Both the position numbers and the translations under genes were made by a program. A stretch of DNA of 64,000 nucleotides from Podarcis vaucheri (taxonomy: Eukaryota). Below are positions 62,790 to 64,000 of the stretch, one piece after another. The notes under the pieces were generated by a model, which worked only from the letters and a program-made list of their open reading frames with translations, had not been told where the DNA came from and made no database searches. Where the stretch lies: NCBI GenBank assembly GCA_965113315.1, contig OZ220364.1, one strand, 5' to 3'. The first letter of the stretch is position 1. Every line of letters begins with the position of its first letter.

Positions 62790-64000
62790 ACACCATGACG
62801 AGAGGCCAAACACTGACCAAGCAACTGCACAGCTTCAGATGACAAGGGAAAACAGAGCTGGGTGTCATCTGCATACTGGTGAAACTTCACTCCAAACCCC
62901 TTAACAAATGTTCTCAACAGTTCCTTAGAGAAGAAAGTTAGACTAGAAATCTAATAACTAAAGAATAAGAGTTTAATCAGCATGGGGGGACAGGCAGCAC
63001 AACTGCCATGGGGCTAAGCTAAAGTCACCCATTACTACTTTCTGGTACCAGTCCTGCAGGTAGAACAGTGTGCTCCCTACTCCCAACCCACTGAGATGGT
63101 TCAGGAGGATGTTATAATTGATGGTATCAAAAGCTGCCAAGAACTCAAGGAGAATTAAGCAAGCTCAAACTCTCTTTGTCCTCCCTGATACAGGCCACCA
63201 AAGTCATTTCAATGCCAAAATCTGGCCTGGAGCCAGACTGAAATGGATCTAGATAATCAGCTTCCTCCAAAGACTCCTGACGCTGCACAGACACCACTCT
63301 CTTGATAATAACCATTCCCCAAAAGGAAATGTTTGCAACTGACAGTAGTTGTCACTTGCTTCTGGATCCAGGGAAGGTGTCTTGAAAAGGGGACACACCA
63401 CCACTTCCTTTAAAGGCAAATTACAGTTGTCTCTCACAAAAATGGCATTTACAGCTCCTGGGCCCAACCCAGGCAACCCCCAACCCTTATATGACAGGAA
63501 GCTCAGGACTGCATGTAGTAGGCCAAAAAAATTCAAACACCTTGTCCAGTTATCTGGCTTTAGCTACTGAAATTGATCCCAAACAACCAGACTTGACATC
63601 TCCAGCTGATCCACAATATCTGTGGCATTAAGCTCCAGCAGAACGTGAGGGACTTTTCAAGGTGCCTTGCAAATTAGTCACAGCAGGCTTTTGTGCATTC
63701 TAGGCTACTCCCCTTAGGGGAAGATCCCACAAAGCTGTGCTAGAAAGCTACTCAAGTAATAGTTAAGAAAACTTTCTTCACTGCCCCACAGGTGGCATAA
63801 TTATGTGTTCAGCTGTTTTCACTGTAATACTTGTGCCACCTGTACTCTACCAGTCACTTGGCTTACTCCATCACTCAGAGCTTTCCTGAGGACCACAGAG
63901 CCATCAGGGATCCACAATGCTGGAGAGAACACTCGTGAATACCTGTGCCACTGGCCCATTTCATCTCACTATTCCACAGTGACACCAGGGCTTTGATAGG
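62790..64000 (-). mobile_element. Decayed L2-clade LINE ORF2 (reverse transcriptase region)
   Basis: Remnants GFGVKFHQYADDTQL (RT catalytic YADD) and LKEVVVCPLFKTPSLDPEASDNY, interrupted by stops and frameshifts. Confidence 0.8.

Noticed and set aside
37753-64000. Search for canonical NEURL1B exon 1 (MGN...) and its CpG-island promoter
   Set aside because: No matching coding start or CpG island seen; assumed to lie beyond the window end.

Overview
Vertebrate genomic DNA. The repeat content (young Sauria/Squam1 SINEs, Squam3-like SINEs, a tRNA-Lys/CR1-tail SINE, Penelope, L1, L2 and CR1 fragments, hAT and Tc1/mariner MITEs) points to a squamate, most likely a lacertid lizard. Two intron-containing genes converge tail-to-tail. 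The 3' half of SH3PXD2B (Tks4) is on +: six constitutive coding exons from 201 to 14142, with a 3' UTR to about 18830. NEURL1B is on -: coding exons 2-5 from 37752 down to 28721, a 3' UTR to about 24195, and exon 1 apparently beyond the window end. All exon phases join without frameshift. Most short ORFs in the supplied track are noise. The best hidden signals are: (i) an 84-nt in-frame SH3PXD2B cassette exon (1195-1278), absent from the ORF track, paralogous to the 28-aa alternative exon of SH3PXD2A/Tks5 and followed by three RBFOX UGCAUG sites; (ii) a candidate 9-nt microexon (8544-8552); (iii) two near-identical inverted Sauria SINEs bracketing three exons, a circRNA/ADAR layout; (iv) a Penelope fold-back insertion in NEURL1B intron 1 with an intact-looking minimal hammerhead ribozyme on the transcribed strand, probably masked by its own antisense arm; (v) a convergent gene arrangement that mirrors the NEURL1-SH3PXD2A ohnolog pair. 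Family and orthologue assignments come from sequence recognition only; no searches were run.
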